From assembly GCA_951406725.2 (NCBI GenBank), contig OX597821.1:113026001-113090000 (forward strand): a DNA stretch of 64,000 nucleotides. Direction: 5' to 3'. Shown piece by piece: positions 24,785 to 37,494 of this stretch. The notes beneath the pieces were generated by a model, which had not been told where the DNA came from, searched no databases, and saw only the letters and a list, made by a program, of their open reading frames with translations. The translations under genes were made by a program, and so were the position numbers. How positions within the stretch are numbered: position 1 is the first letter of the stretch; each line of letters starts with the position of its first letter. The stretch is from Octopus vulgaris. Lineage: Eukaryota.

Positions 24785-25170
24785 TAGGCTGTTAAGGTTG
24801 AGAAGCTTACTTCCCAACCATGTGGTCGTGGGTTCAGTTTCACCACACAGCACATTGTTTTTTATTACAGCCCTGAGCCAACCGAACCCTTGGGAGTGGA
24901 TTTGGTAGATGGAAGCTGAAAGCAACCCATTGTGTGTGTGTGTTGTTTGTGGGTACCCTTCTCTTATCATATGATGATCGGAAATGAGTGTCCCTATCAT
25001 GCAAGCAGTGTTCTTTGTTGCCAATCTTCCATGAAAACATGTCTGGCCATGGGGAAATATTGCTTTGCTTGTAAACAGGTGAGAGTATGGTTACAGGAAA
25101 GGCATCTGGTCATAGAAAATCTGCTTCAGTAAATACCATCTGACCCATGGAAAACTGGACATTAGTTGAC
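24785..25170 (+). mobile_element. SINE family 2R (family 2 head, (TG)n, RTE-like tail)
   Basis: Head ...GAGTGGATTTGGTAGATGGAAGCTGAAAG then GGAAAGGCATCTGG...GACCCATGGAAAACTGGACATTA. Confidence 0.7.
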
Positions 25171-26319
25171 CAGTATGTTTCCTCTTTGCATGTTTTTGAT
25201 TTTCATTTGTTCAAAAAATCAAAATAGGATCAAAATTCCAATTTATTAGTCTCTTAATAAATTTTAACGTCTTCAAGTCTCAACATCTATGTTTCTTTAA
25301 GTTTCCTTGACACCATTGCTCTGGTTGTAGTCAAAAGCACTTGCACCAAGGTGCCACACAGTGGGACTGAACCTGGAGCCATGTGGCTGGGAAGCAAGCC
25401 TCTTACCACAGAGCTGTACCGTTTCTTTCTGTATTTTATTAGGAAGACATTAATACAGAAAGTTCAACAGAAAGATAGATGAGAGCATTTGTTTCAGGTG
25501 TGTGTGTGGGTGGATGGACGTGTGTGTGTGGCCGGATGGATGTGTGTGGACGGATGTGTGTGTGTGGGTGGATGGACGTGTGTGTGTTTGTGGTTTACTT
25601 GACTTGGTACCGTGGTGATATTTATAAATGGACACTGTGAGGCAAACAGTGTCACTTGCTTCCGACCTTCCAAGTTTATCCATGTCCAGGTATGGTGAGG
25701 TATTGTCTTGACTGGAAAGAGATAAGGGTTGGCATCAGGAAGGGCATCCAACTATAGAAACTCTAGCTCGGCAAATTCCGTCCGACCCAAGCAAGCAGGA
25801 AAAAGTAGACATTAAATGATGGTGATGACTCATGACCATTACTTACCTCATAGCAATAATCTTATATCTAATCAGGTGATCCATGACTTGCAGACCTAAC
25901 CAGTTAAAAAAATGTCTCTATAAATCATAAATATTGAGGGTTGGGCATAGATTTTCTTTCATTTTCTATAACACCAAACTCTGTTTTACATTTACCTGAA
26001 TAACAAACCAGATTAATCACACACTTACTCATTCACTTGTGTTATAATTATTTTTATCTTTATTTTATTTTACTTTTTTAACTCAAGACCTTCCTGATCT
26101 TTTGGACTAAATCCAATCATAATTGTTTTCCTACAGTTATCAGTTATTATTTTTTTTCTTTGTTATTTTATTCTATCAAGTTTCGTGTTGTTTGGTTAGT
26201 TTATCTTATCTCCCCAAATAAGGACTATATTGAACATTTTCCTTTAATTCTATTTTTCACATTACTGAGTAACATTTAGACCACAGTTAATGGACTGATA
26301 AAATCATTACAGCAAAGGG

Positions 26320-26640
26320 TGACAGGTGTAACTGGGTGACAGGCGAAGAGACTATGCAAAAGAGCAGGGTCACAATCCCAGCAAGAGATTGTAGCTGAAT
26401 GCCAATTCTGTTTGGCTGGCCACATTCTCCATCTTGGTAATTAGCAACACTGAAAAACAGTTATGATATAAGCACCACTTATTGGCAGGCATAAAGGGCT
26501 GAAGATTAGTTGGCAGCAGACATTTCAAGATAACCCAAAGACATTTTATGGAATGGGTGTACAAGAATGACAACTGACCAAACCCGGTGGAGGAAGTTCA
26601 CCACCCAATGTGCTGAGCACTGCAAGAGAACCTAAAGCTG
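26320..26640 (+). mobile_element. Old degenerate RTE-like LINE ORF C-terminus
   Basis: QEIVAECQFCLAGHILHL...ISWQQTF...DQTRWRKFTTQC with stops; resembles RTE RLAGHILR...TW...DR..WR motifs. Confidence 0.6.
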
Positions 26641-27349
26641 AACGACAAAATACCTGAAAAATTTAATTAAGGCCCTTTAAGTTCTGACTGAAGAACCCCA
26701 CTGAGATTTGTGTTACCGTTTATTCTTTGTCAATGAAATAAAAATACAAGGGTTGATTTAATTAACTATACCCACACCCAGAGTTAAGGCCATGTGATTA
26801 TGAACCCCTAAATTTGAAGTCATGTGTTTATACACCCCAATACAATCCCGTTTTTTTTTATATTCACATTTTATAGTCTCCTCACTCTCTCTATCTCCCC
26901 CCCTTCTATCTCTCCTTCACCCCGCTCTCCCTCCTCCCTGAAATGGCTGTTCCCCAAGTTTGTGTCCTGTCATATTACCTTCCATACACACCCTACTTGA
27001 CCCCTGGCTATCTTTGGTAGGGTTCGCTCTATTGCAAGGTACCTAAACAATCCATTGCCCTCCATACACCCCAATTTGACCTTTGGCTACCTTAAACAGG
27101 GTCAGCTCTGTCACAAACATTCCAACCTGATTTTTGGTCACAAGAGAAATGGTTTTGCTACTTCCATGCGTCATGGTTTCTACCTCACCCTTCATTCCAC
27201 CACTCCCAGGATCCCTACAAAATGTCACAGGCACTGTTTTTGTCTCCTGACTAACCGCTTGACAAAAACTTCTGCTGTCAGTTCCATTAGAGAATTTGGT
27301 CTCTCTTCTGTCTTCCCATGATTCCTTGCTGGCTTTTTCACTCTATTGA

Positions 27350-27612
27350 TAATACACATGAACACACACTCACACATACAAATTCTCATACATAGTCAGA
27401 CACATATGTACACATATACAAAAATATACATATATACACATACATGTAGATACACACTTACACACATGGATAACATACATACACACACATGTACTTACAC
27501 ACATACACATATAGACACATATGGACACATAACTTACATTCTTAAATATGCACACAAACACACAGGCACTTGAATACTCACACATACACACAAATATATG
27601 TACACACACAAA
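27350..27612. repeat. Degenerate (CA/TA)-rich simple repeat
   Basis: Seen directly. Confidence 0.85.
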
Positions 27613-28033
27613 CATGGTATTCAATTCCTGTCTCTCCCAATCTTATTCCAAACAAGCCTGTCTCCATCACCCCGCTATTGTGGATGAACTTTTGTGGTGC
27701 TTCTAACAATTACCAAACCCTTAGCTATATTCATTATTTATTCATAAATAAACTGTTTTACTTTTATATTTATTTATATCATTATTTATTTGATATCACA
27801 ATTTGTAAAAGATAGCATCTTTTGTTACAAGTTTTTAACGAGCCTATCACTGGTTCAGTGCATTTCTGAGAAAGAGGATGACAAGGGATTGTGTGTCAAT
27901 TTGTGCAGAAAAAATATCACTAGGGTCCTAATTTTAAAATTATTTGTTTGGTATTTTCTTGCCAACATTTTACATTCTTAATTGATATCTAATGATATAC
28001 GCATATGCTTGTGTGTGTATGTTTATATATTTG

Positions 28034-28073
<40 letters not shown>

Positions 28074-28109
28074 CATGTATCTGTATGTACACATGTAGAT
28101 ATATGCATG

Positions 28110-28480
28110 TATGGCTGAGCAATTAAGTTCATTTCCCAATCCTATGCTTTTCATTTCAATCCCATTGCATGGCTTCTTAGGCAAATGTCTTACACTATAG
28201 CCTTGGGTTCACCACAGCCTTGTGAGTGAATTTGGTAGATGGAAACTGAAAGAAGCTTGTTGTAACTTCTTGTCTCGATGTCATGTGATAGTTGGAACCA
28301 AGTGCTGCCATCATGCAAGTAGTGTCTTTAATTTCCAAGCTTTCTTGGAAACACATCCAGCCTAGCTTCAAAACGGATGAAGATTGGGGACAGAAGGGGC
28401 ATCTGGTTGCAGAAAATCTATCTCAAGCGATTGAGTCGTACCAATGCAAAAGGCATGGGAAATTAGACATTAAAATGTAT
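28110..28480 (+). mobile_element. SINE family 2R
   Basis: Family 2 head followed by GAAGGGGCATCTGG...GGCATGGGAAATTAGACATTAAA tail. Confidence 0.65.
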
Positions 28481-28717
28481 GTTTTCATGGAAGATCAAGA
28501 ATGAAAGACACAGTGTGGTGGAGAATTACATTTACAAATGCTGCATCATGTCAAAACAAAGCAACTCATGCGTGCACACACGCACACCCTCTCAAATAAA
28601 TGTAAAGGTAATCATGAACTCCATCTGCAGACATTGTGTTGGAACACAGAATACGGCATCATTTTCGTTAGGAGAAAAATCTCATAAGGACTCGAGAGAT
28701 CCTCTCAAGATAAATAA

Positions 28718-29115
28718 GGTGCAGGAGTGGTAAGTAGCTTGCTTAACAACCACATGGCTCCGGGTTCAGTCCCACTGTGTGGCACCTTGGGCAAGTGTCT
28801 TCTACTATAGCCTCGGGCCGACCAAAGCCTTGTGAAAGGATTTGGTAGACGGAAACTGAAAGAAGCCCATCATATATATATATATATGTATATATGTGTG
28901 TGTGTGTGTGTTTGTGTCTCTGTGTTTGTCCCTCCAACATCGCTTGACAACCAATGCTGGTGTGTTTATCTCCCCATAAGTTAGCAGTTTGGCAATAGGG
29001 ACCAATAGAATAAGTACTAGGCTTACAAAGAATAAGTCCTGGGGTCGATTTGCTCGACTAAAGGTGGTGCTCCAGCATGGCCGCAGTCAAATGACTAAAA
29101 CAAGTAAAAAGAATA
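28718..29115 (+). mobile_element. SINE family 2
   Basis: GGTGCAGGAGTGG head through GTGCTCCAGCATGGCCGCAGTCAAATGACT tail. Confidence 0.9.
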
Positions 29116-29215
29116 AGGCAATATTCCGTATTCCAACACAACCTCTCACATTAAGTTGGATATCACGATTGCCCTTTTGTATTAATATTGCTTTTGTAGC
29201 TGTTAATTATATATA

Positions 29216-29455
29216 CAGGGTCGCCCAAAGTAGGTTTACAGTTATCACGTAGGCACTTCAAATTTCTTTTAAAACATTTTATTACATTTAAATTTCTATC
29301 TTACAATCACATTGTTTATTCACATCTTAAACAGGCGATGCTTAATCTCTCAGATGCTCAAAATGTCCTCCTTCAACATTGCAATATTCTTCAAACCTCT
29401 TCAGAACACTCTGACACACAGTGTAGCACAAATTCCGATCTTCATCAATTTCAAC
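29216..29455 (-). mobile_element. Tc1/mariner 3' end with transposase C-terminus
   Basis: TA|CAGGGTCGCCCAAAGTAGG terminus; 29455-29342 (-) reads VEIDEDRNLCYTVCQSVLKRFEEYCNVEGGHFEHLRD*, a GGHFEHL-type C-terminal motif. Confidence 0.8.
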
Positions 29456-29565
29456 TATATATATAATATTAATAATATGACAACAAAAGAATGAATGAGA
29501 CCTCGATATTATGTAAACAGAGGAATTTATCTATAATATAATGTGTAACAGTAAGTCGGTTGCCA

Positions 29566-29628
29566 TAATAAAACTCAGAGTTTCAGATGTCGGGGCGGAA
29601 TTCTGCTCCGGCATCTTGTCAGTTATTA
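29566..29628 (-). ncRNA. Hammerhead ribozyme motif (core CUGACAA, likely decayed CUGACGA)
   Basis: UAAUAA CUGACAA GAUGCCGG..CCGACAUC U GAAAC UCUGA GUU|UUAUUA; homologous to the 21915 copy. Confidence 0.6.
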
Positions 29629-29747
29629 AGACAAGCAAAATTGCTATGAAAATGACCATTAAATAAAGGGAAATTACTATGAAGATGATCGTTGTTAAGA
29701 TAAACAAAAGAGCTATGAGAATGACCATTAAATAAAGGGAAATTACC
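29623..29747. repeat. About 69-bp tandem duplication next to the hammerhead
   Basis: GCTATGA(A/G)AATGACCATTAAATAAAGGGAAATTAC occurs twice. Confidence 0.8.
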
Positions 29748-30927
29748 TGAATAGGGAGAAAGTATATACATAATATATATACATATATAAATATATATTT
29801 GCAAGAATTTTATATATGTGTATATGTGTGTATATAAAATTCTTGCAAACTGCATAATGGCCTCACTAGTGCTGGGGGCATCAAAAAAAAAAAAGGGCTC
29901 AGTAAGCCGGTTGGCATTAGGAAGAACCTCCAACCATAGAAACCCTTCCAAAGCCAACACTGGAGCATAATGCTGTCCTTGGGCCCGTCGGGTTCTGTCA
30001 AACCATCCAACATATGCCAGCATGGAACATGGACACTAAATGATGATAGTGATAACTGGTTTCTTACAGTATACATCTGTCAAATCAATCCACACATGTC
30101 TTTAGTCGGCCCAAGTCTCTTGTAGAAGACACTTGCCCAAGGTGCTTTGCCGTGGGACTGAACCTGAAACCATGTGGTCCAGAAACCAAGCATGTAAACA
30201 TACATGAAGTGAAGAACAACATAGAGAAATAGAATATAAATTGTGTACATACATTGTTTATAGTGGTGGTGATGGTGGTGGTGGTGGTGGTGGTGGTAGT
30301 AAAGCTATTTGGAAAAGGATGTAACCATATTTAAGTTAAGGTTCTGATAACAAAGAACATTCTGACTTTTCTAATGGCAAAGAGACCTGTGAACAACATT
30401 GTTGAATTACTTTCCTTATCAGTGACCATACTTCAAAAAAAAAAAATATATATATATATATGGTTATTGTACAAATGTAACTAAACGGATGAATAAATGC
30501 ATTATGGAAGACCTGACAGACAAAGATAAAGTATATTGTGTACATGCATTGATTCATTGTGTGAAAGAATGAAAGAACTGATACTTAGAGGAAGATCTGT
30601 GTGAGTGGCAGTGAGAGGAGGAGTTAAAACAATTATCTGGGTTTCCTTAAAAGTATTGATCTGCTACTATATATGTGTGTGTGTGTGTGTATATATATAT
30701 ATGTATGTGTGTGTGTGTGTATAACCATTTTGTGTATCAATTATCTCAGTGAAGAAGAAAAATCAATAATCATCTCATTGCATAATGAAAACACACACAC
30801 ATACATGTGTGTGTATATATATAAATATGTGTGTGTATATATATAAATATATATGTGTGTGTGTGTGTGTGTATATATATATACATACACATTGTGGTGC
30901 AGTACATTCATGGTTATATCATATAAT

Positions 30928-31371
30928 CAGTGGGAGAGTCACCATTGGTTTCGTGTCTGCTATTGCATTTGGCAATTCTGCTGATTCTTCAGATACATTG
31001 GCTGGAAGCACGTGGCCTCTTTAATGCTGGAAGTAAAGATACAGTCTTGGTTTTGCTCGATGGTGAAAAAAGCAGTGCAAAATAACATAACATTTCCTTG
31101 AAGGAAAGAAGAGTTATCTTCCATTGTAGGATTTCAGCTGTCACCAGAGGGGGTCAGCTGTACCCGCATGCATGTTTTTCATTATTTAGTCCAAAAAGAG
31201 GAAGACCACATTACCAAAATGAATCTTAATCATCAATAAGCTAAGATTGCATATTCACTTCCATCATTAAAGAGGCTTTGCTTCTGGCCAGCAGGTTTAA
31301 AAAGTCTTCATTATTTGTCAAGTGCAATGGCAGACACAAAGCCAATGGTAACCATCAGGTATATGCCACTG
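30928..31371. mobile_element. Foldback/MITE with long imperfect inverted arms
   Basis: 30938-30975 matches the reverse complement of 31315-31352 at 32/38; homology continues to about 31050/31235; CAGTGG...CCACTG ends. Confidence 0.7.
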
Positions 31372-31440
31372 CTTTAGTTCTCTTTTAGAGAATTCTTTTT
31401 TTTTTTTTATCTGACTTATGAACAACTAACCGATAATACA

Positions 31441-31694
31441 TATTTCTTTATTACCCACAAGGGGCTAAACATAGAGGGGACAAATAAGGTCAGACAAACG
31501 GATTAAGTCGATTACAATGACCCCAATGAGCAACTGGTACTTAATTTATCGACCCCGGAAGGATGAAAGGCAAAGTCGACCTCGGCGGAATTTGAACTCA
31601 CAATGTAATGACAGACGAAATACCACTCAGCATTTCACCCAGCGCGCTAACGATTCTGCCAGCTCGCCGCCTTGACCCAGCTCACCACCTTCAT
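31441..31694 (-). mobile_element. SINE family 1, tail 1b
   Basis: TSD TAACCGATAATACA at 31427-31440 and 31695-31708. Confidence 0.9.
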
Positions 31695-31915
31695 AACCGA
31701 TAATACAGACACACCCAAACATACATATCTTTTACTTGTTTCAGTCATTGGACTGGTGCCATGCTGAGGCACCACCTTGAAAAATTTTAAGCTTAATGCT
31801 TATTCTATTGAGCTCTTTTGATGGACCACTAAGTTATAGGGACGTAAACACATCAACACCGGTTGTCAAGTGGTGGGGGAGGCAAGAAACACAGACCCAA
31901 AGGGCACACACATAG

Positions 31916-31949
<34 letters not shown>

Positions 31950-31956
31950 ATGTATG

Positions 31957-31998
<42 letters not shown>

Positions 31999-32177
31999 TG
32001 TCCTCTTTCAGTTCACACTTACCAGATTCACTCACAAGGCTTTGGTTAGCCTGAGGCTATTGTAGCAGACAGTTGCCCAATGTTCCATGCAGTGGGGCTG
32101 AACCTGGAATCCTATGGCTGAGAAGCTAACTTCTTACCACACAGCCACACCTATATATATATATATATATATATAGT

Positions 32178-32737
32178 CATCATCGTTTAATGTCTGTTTC
32201 CTATGCTGGCATGTGTTGGATACTTCAACTGGTGTCTGGGATGCCAGGAGGCTGCACCAGGCTCCATTCTGATCTAGTAGTGTTTCTACAGCTGGATGCT
32301 CTTCCTAACACCAACCACTCCATGAGTGTAGTGGGTGCTTTTTACGTGCCACTGGCACAGGGGCCAGAGGAGCTGGCATCAATCACGATCGGATGGTGCT
32401 TTTTACATGCAACTGGCATGGAAGCCTGTCAAAGCAGCACTGGCATTGGCCACGTTTGGATGGTGCTTTTTACGTGCTACTGGCGCAGGGCTCACAACTG
32501 CAATTTCTATTTGATATTGATTTACTTGACTCGGTGGGTCTCCTCAAGCACAGCATGTCACCCTATGATCCAAAGTACATTTGAGTGGGCTGGTTATGCA
32601 ACACTGGTTTAGGTTACTGCTGTGAACTGACTTTATTTGCTGGGTCTTCTCAGTCACAGCATACCTCCAGAGGTCTCAGTCTTTTGTCATTGCCTCTGTG
32701 AGGCCCAACGTTCGAAGGTCATGCTTCACCACTTCAT
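32178..32737 (-). mobile_element. 5'-truncated RTE LINE
   Basis: Reverse-complement match to 18235-18752, including the last ORF codons (EVVKHDLRTLGLTEAM). Confidence 0.85.
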
Positions 32738-33324
32738 CATTTAATGTTCGACTTCCATGCTGGCATGGGTGGGACAGTTTTACAGGAGCTGGAGAGGCAG
32801 AAGCCTGCACCAGACTTCTGTGACTGTTTTGGCAGGATTTTTACAGCTGGGTGCCTTTCCAAACACCAACCACCCAGGAGAGTGGACTTAGTACTTTTTA
32901 TGTTGGACAAGCACAGGTGAGGCCAATGTATATATCCTCATTATTTAATGTCTATTTTCCATATATTTTATGCAATGTAGAACAATAATCAATTCATTGC
33001 ACATAAATTTTTATGACAAAACATTGTATGGACCCACCCCCAAAGCCTTTGTCTTTCTCTTCGATAACACTGGTGGCATGGAGATGGGATACCGGCATGC
33101 ATGGGTGAATGCAGGTCTTCCATAAACAACCTTGCCCGCACTTGTGCCTGGGAGGGTAACTTCCTAGGTGCAATCCCATGGTCAGTCATGACCGAAGGGG
33201 GTCTCAGCAGCATATATATAATTAATAAAAAAAAAAATGAAGAAAAAATATAAGCAAAAACAACAATTCGAGGACGTGGTACATGCAAAGTATTAGCAGA
33301 CACTCAGGGAAAGAAAGAAAGGTA

Positions 33325-33359
33325 GTTTTACATTTCGAGCAAAACTCTTCTTCAGAAAC
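33325..33359 (-). ncRNA. Minimal hammerhead motif lacking a stem III loop
   Basis: GUUU CUGAAGA AGAGU UUU GCUC GAAAU GUA|AAAC; GAAAU probably CpG-decayed GAAAC. Confidence 0.65.
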
Positions 33360-34009
33360 AGGAGACAGAGAAAAGGAAGATAGAGGAAAAAATCACCAAT
33401 GGTCCACATGTAGTTACATGCATGTGTGTGTGCACATGTATACACACACACATACATCTATATGGTTAAAAAAAAAGAGTACAGATCAATACTCCTTTGG
33501 CCTTTGTGTCAACAATCTGTTATCAGCGCTCCACCCCCAAAAACAAAGACAATAAGTAAATATATAAATAAATGAATAAAAAGTTGCCATGACGATTATT
33601 AACTAACGAATTCCAAAATCTCATATCTCTTTGCCATGCCATATATTTGATTAAGCCTGATATGAAGAGGTTTAACGGGATGTGTGTGTATATATGTGTG
33701 TGTGTGTGTAAGAGATAGTCTTAAAATCTATGTCACCTCTCAGTCTATTAACCATACAAACTAGTTTTATTGATACCTCGTTAGAGAAGGATGTTGTCTC
33801 AATCAGAATAATTTGTAATTAATCCCCATTTAGAGATGAAGACATGTTGCTCCCAAATAGATTAGGTAATGCCATGTATGTGTATGTATGTGTGTATAGA
33901 TGAACTTGGATGTGTGTGTGAGCATGTATACATAGATATATATTTATATAATAGTGAGAAAGAGATGTATGCATATATCTATGTATTTATATAAATCTGT
34001 GTGTTTGAG

Positions 34010-34056
<47 letters not shown>

Positions 34057-34276
34057 ATCTATCTATCTATCTCTTTGTTTGAATGTATGTGTATGAATAA
34101 ATATATATGTGTATGTGTGTGTGTGTATGAAACTGGTACTTTGTTGGTTAGGACAAGTGCTCCATTTGATCTGATCCACAGAAAGGCCTTTCATGAAATT
34201 AATATGCAGGTGGTGATGCACTCTGTAGACACGTGTAACCTTAATGTAGTTTTCACAAAAATTCTGCATGACAACT

Positions 34277-34497
34277 AATGAGGTACCTGACTCAGTGGTT
34301 AGTGTTGGATTCATGATCAGAAGATCATGATTTCGATTCCTGGACCGAGCGATGTGTTATGTTCTTAAGCAAAACACTTTATTTCATGCTGCAAAAACGA
34401 GTAATCCGGTGACAGGACTGTGATCCCATCCAGGTGGGGAATTAATCCGCAATGAAACTGACCCTTATGAATCAGTATGACTCGAGAAGGTACAAGT
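34277..34497 (+). mobile_element. tRNA-headed CORE-like SINE (family 3 group)
   Basis: CAGTGGTTAG...TTTCGATTCC head, TGTTCTTAAGCAAAACACTTT, CCCATCCAGGTGGGG tail shared with the 6893 insert. Confidence 0.65.
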
Positions 34498-34629
34498 CAT
34501 TTTAGTCAGCTGAGGGAATTGGAGTGACTGGTAATGAAGTGCCTTGCTCAAGGATATAATACACTTACTAGATTCTGTCAAACTGTCCATTTTCCATTGC
34601 ATAGAAAATGGATGGTAAATGATGATGAT

Positions 34630-35195
34630 ATATTTTGGTCCTTTACATGTTTCAGTCAATGGACTGTGGCCATGCTGGAGCACTGCCTGGAAAGGTTTAA
34701 GTCAATCAAATCACCCACCTACCTTGTTTCTTATTTGAGTATAAACAGTTTACAGGGAAGTAAACAAACCAACAGCTGTTGTCAAACAGTGGGAGGGAGA
34801 AACACTGATATACATACACCCACACACTCTCACCCACACACTCACTCTCACCCACACACTCACTCTCACACACACACTCACTCTCACCCACACACTCACT
34901 CTCACACACATACTTGCTCTCACACACACTTTCTCACACACACACTCACCCTCACACACTCACCCTCACACACTCACCCTCACACACTCACTCTCACATA
35001 GTCTCACACACACACACACACACTCACTCACTCACACTCATTCGCTCGTTCATTCACATTTATTGGGGCTTCCAAATGGGTTCCATCAGCAAATTTACTC
35101 ACCAGACATTGGTCGGTCTGGGGCTATTGTAGGAGAAGACTCTTGCCCAAGGTACCATGCAGTGGGACTGAACCTCTTAACCCACACAGCCATGT
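34630..35195 (-). mobile_element. SINE family 2 whose interior has become an 18-bp minisatellite
   Basis: CACACACTCACTCTCACC units at about 34815-35045 between the SINE tail and head. Confidence 0.75.
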
Positions 35196-36439
35196 CTGTG
35201 GTTCAACAGTCTTCTACTGTAGCCACATCCCAAATCACCCATTTTTCGCTTCACCTGTTTCAATCATCAGACTGTGACCATGCTGGAGCACAGCTCTGAA
35301 GAAATTTAAAATTTTTAAAGCCTGGTACTTATTCCATCGAACTTTTTTTGCCAAACCACTAAGTTACAGGGATGTAAGCACACCAACACCAGTTGTCAAG
35401 CAGTGAGATGGGGGACAGTCACACACAATGGGCTTCTTTCAGTTTCTAACTACCAAATCCATTCACAAGGCTTTTGTTGGCCCAAGGCTATAGTAGAAGA
35501 CACTTGCCCAAGGTGCCATGCATGGGATTGAACCCGGAATCATGTGGTTGGGAAGCAGACTTCTTACTACACAGCCACTTGGAAAACAGAACATGAAAGA
35601 AACCCATTTTGTATGTGTATGTGTGCATTTGTGTGTGTGTGTGTGTACACGTGTTCTCTTGTCTTGACATTGTGTGGCAATTGTGAAAATAACTGAGTTA
35701 ACCACAGAGCAGAACATTTCTATAGAACACTTACGATTCAAACAGTGCCCTTTGTCCAGTAAGCTGACTATACTACTACTACTACTATTACTACTACAAC
35801 CACCATCACTTATGTATTTATTGTGCAGCTGTTATTAACTTACTGACCTCTAACTGATAGATTGTGTATTTATTGTCTGTCATTGAAAACTTGTTATTGA
35901 ACTGTGTTAGGATTTTAGCTGTTGTGTATTATGTTGCTTGCCTTATTGTTTTGGTTGGTGAAAAAGCTGTCCATTTTGTAAATAGATCTAAAGAACATTG
36001 CTCCCTGTTTTGGCTGATAAAATATTACTATTTTAGGGTTAGATTAATCAATACATGAATTTTAACCGTAGTATTCTGTATATATTGGTTCAGGCATGGC
36101 TGTGTAGTTAAAAAGCTGGCTTTCAAGCCATATGGTTTTGGGTTCTGCCCTGCTGTGTGGTACTTTGGGTTGGTGTCTTCGGCTGCAATCTTGGACTGAC
36201 CAGGACCATGTAGGTGGATTTGGTGGATGGAAACTGAAAGGAGTACCCAGCATAGCCACAACTCTTGATCTATATCTAATAAAAGAAATATATGTTGAAG
36301 TGATTCGAACGGCTTTTGTGTGTTTCTTAAATGGCTTACAAACACCTTCCATGCTGCAATTGTTTTCGTTTCAGCACATGACCTCAGATCAAATCACTTG
36401 CTATGCAGGTACATCTCCCTATATATATATATATATATA

Positions 36440-36816
36440 CTCTTTACTCTTTTACTTGTTTTAGTCATTTGACTGTAGCCATGCTGGAGCACCACCTTTA
36501 GTCGAGCAAATCGACCCCAGGACTTATTCTTTGTAAGCCTAGTACTTATTCTATTGGTCTTTTTTTGCCAAACCGCTAAGTTACGGGGACATAAACACAC
36601 CAGCATCGGTTGTCAAGCGATGTTGGAGGGACAAACACACACACACACGTATATACATATACACGACGGGCTTCTTTCAGTTTCCATCTACCAAATCCAC
36701 TCACAAGGCTTTGGTCAGCCTGAGGCTATAGTAGAAGACTTGCCCAAGGTGCCACGCAGTGGGATTGAACTCGGAACTAATGTGGTTGGTAAGCAAGCTA
36801 CTTACCACACAGCCAC
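36440..36816 (-). mobile_element. SINE family 2
   Basis: Full pattern, flanked by TA-rich sequence. Confidence 0.88.
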
Positions 36817-37216
36817 TATATATACTGTGCTGGTACCACATCATGCGAAAAGTGCCTAGTCCACTCTGTAAAGTGGTTGGCATTAGGAAGGGCATCCAGC
36901 CATAGAAACCATGACAAAACAGACACCTGGAGCCTGGTGCAGCCCTCAGGCTTGTTAGCTCCTGTCAAACTATCCAACCCATGCCAGCATGGAAAACACA
37001 TGTTAAATGATGATGATAATGTGGTATGTATTGTGTGTGTATGTATTTAGTATTTAGTATTTTTTCACCCTTGTTTTTTCCCACAATGTGTTTTGGATCA
37101 ACTTATTTCTCGGCTACGTCTACCCCAACTTGCAGCCATTTACAGTTATTTCTTTAAAATTAGTTTCCCAATCAGCTTTCAATGTTTGTTCAGTGAACCC
37201 GTGTCTACAAAATATT

Positions 37217-37430
37217 CTTTTCTACTCTAGGCATAAGGCCCGAAATTTTTAGAGAGGGGCCAGTTGATTAGATCAACTCCAGTACACAACTGGTACTTAA
37301 TTTATCAACCCCGAAAGGATGAAAGGCAATGTTGACCTTGGTGGAATTTGAACTCGGAACGTAAAGACAGACAAAATAGTGCTACGCATTTTGCCCAGTA
37401 TGCTAACATTTCTGCCAGCTCAGCGCTTTA
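37217..37430 (-). mobile_element. SINE family 1, tail 1a
   Basis: 16-bp TSD GTGTCTACAAAATATT (37201-37216 and 37431-37446). Confidence 0.9.
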
Positions 37431-37494
37431 GTGTCTACAAAATATTATATTGTGTTTGCTCATAATTTGTAAAATTTCATTATTCTTTTTTTTA

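Noticed and set aside
27000-27340. GC-richer stretch with ORFs 27043-27321
   Set aside because: No recognisable motif or splice context; probably an old repeat
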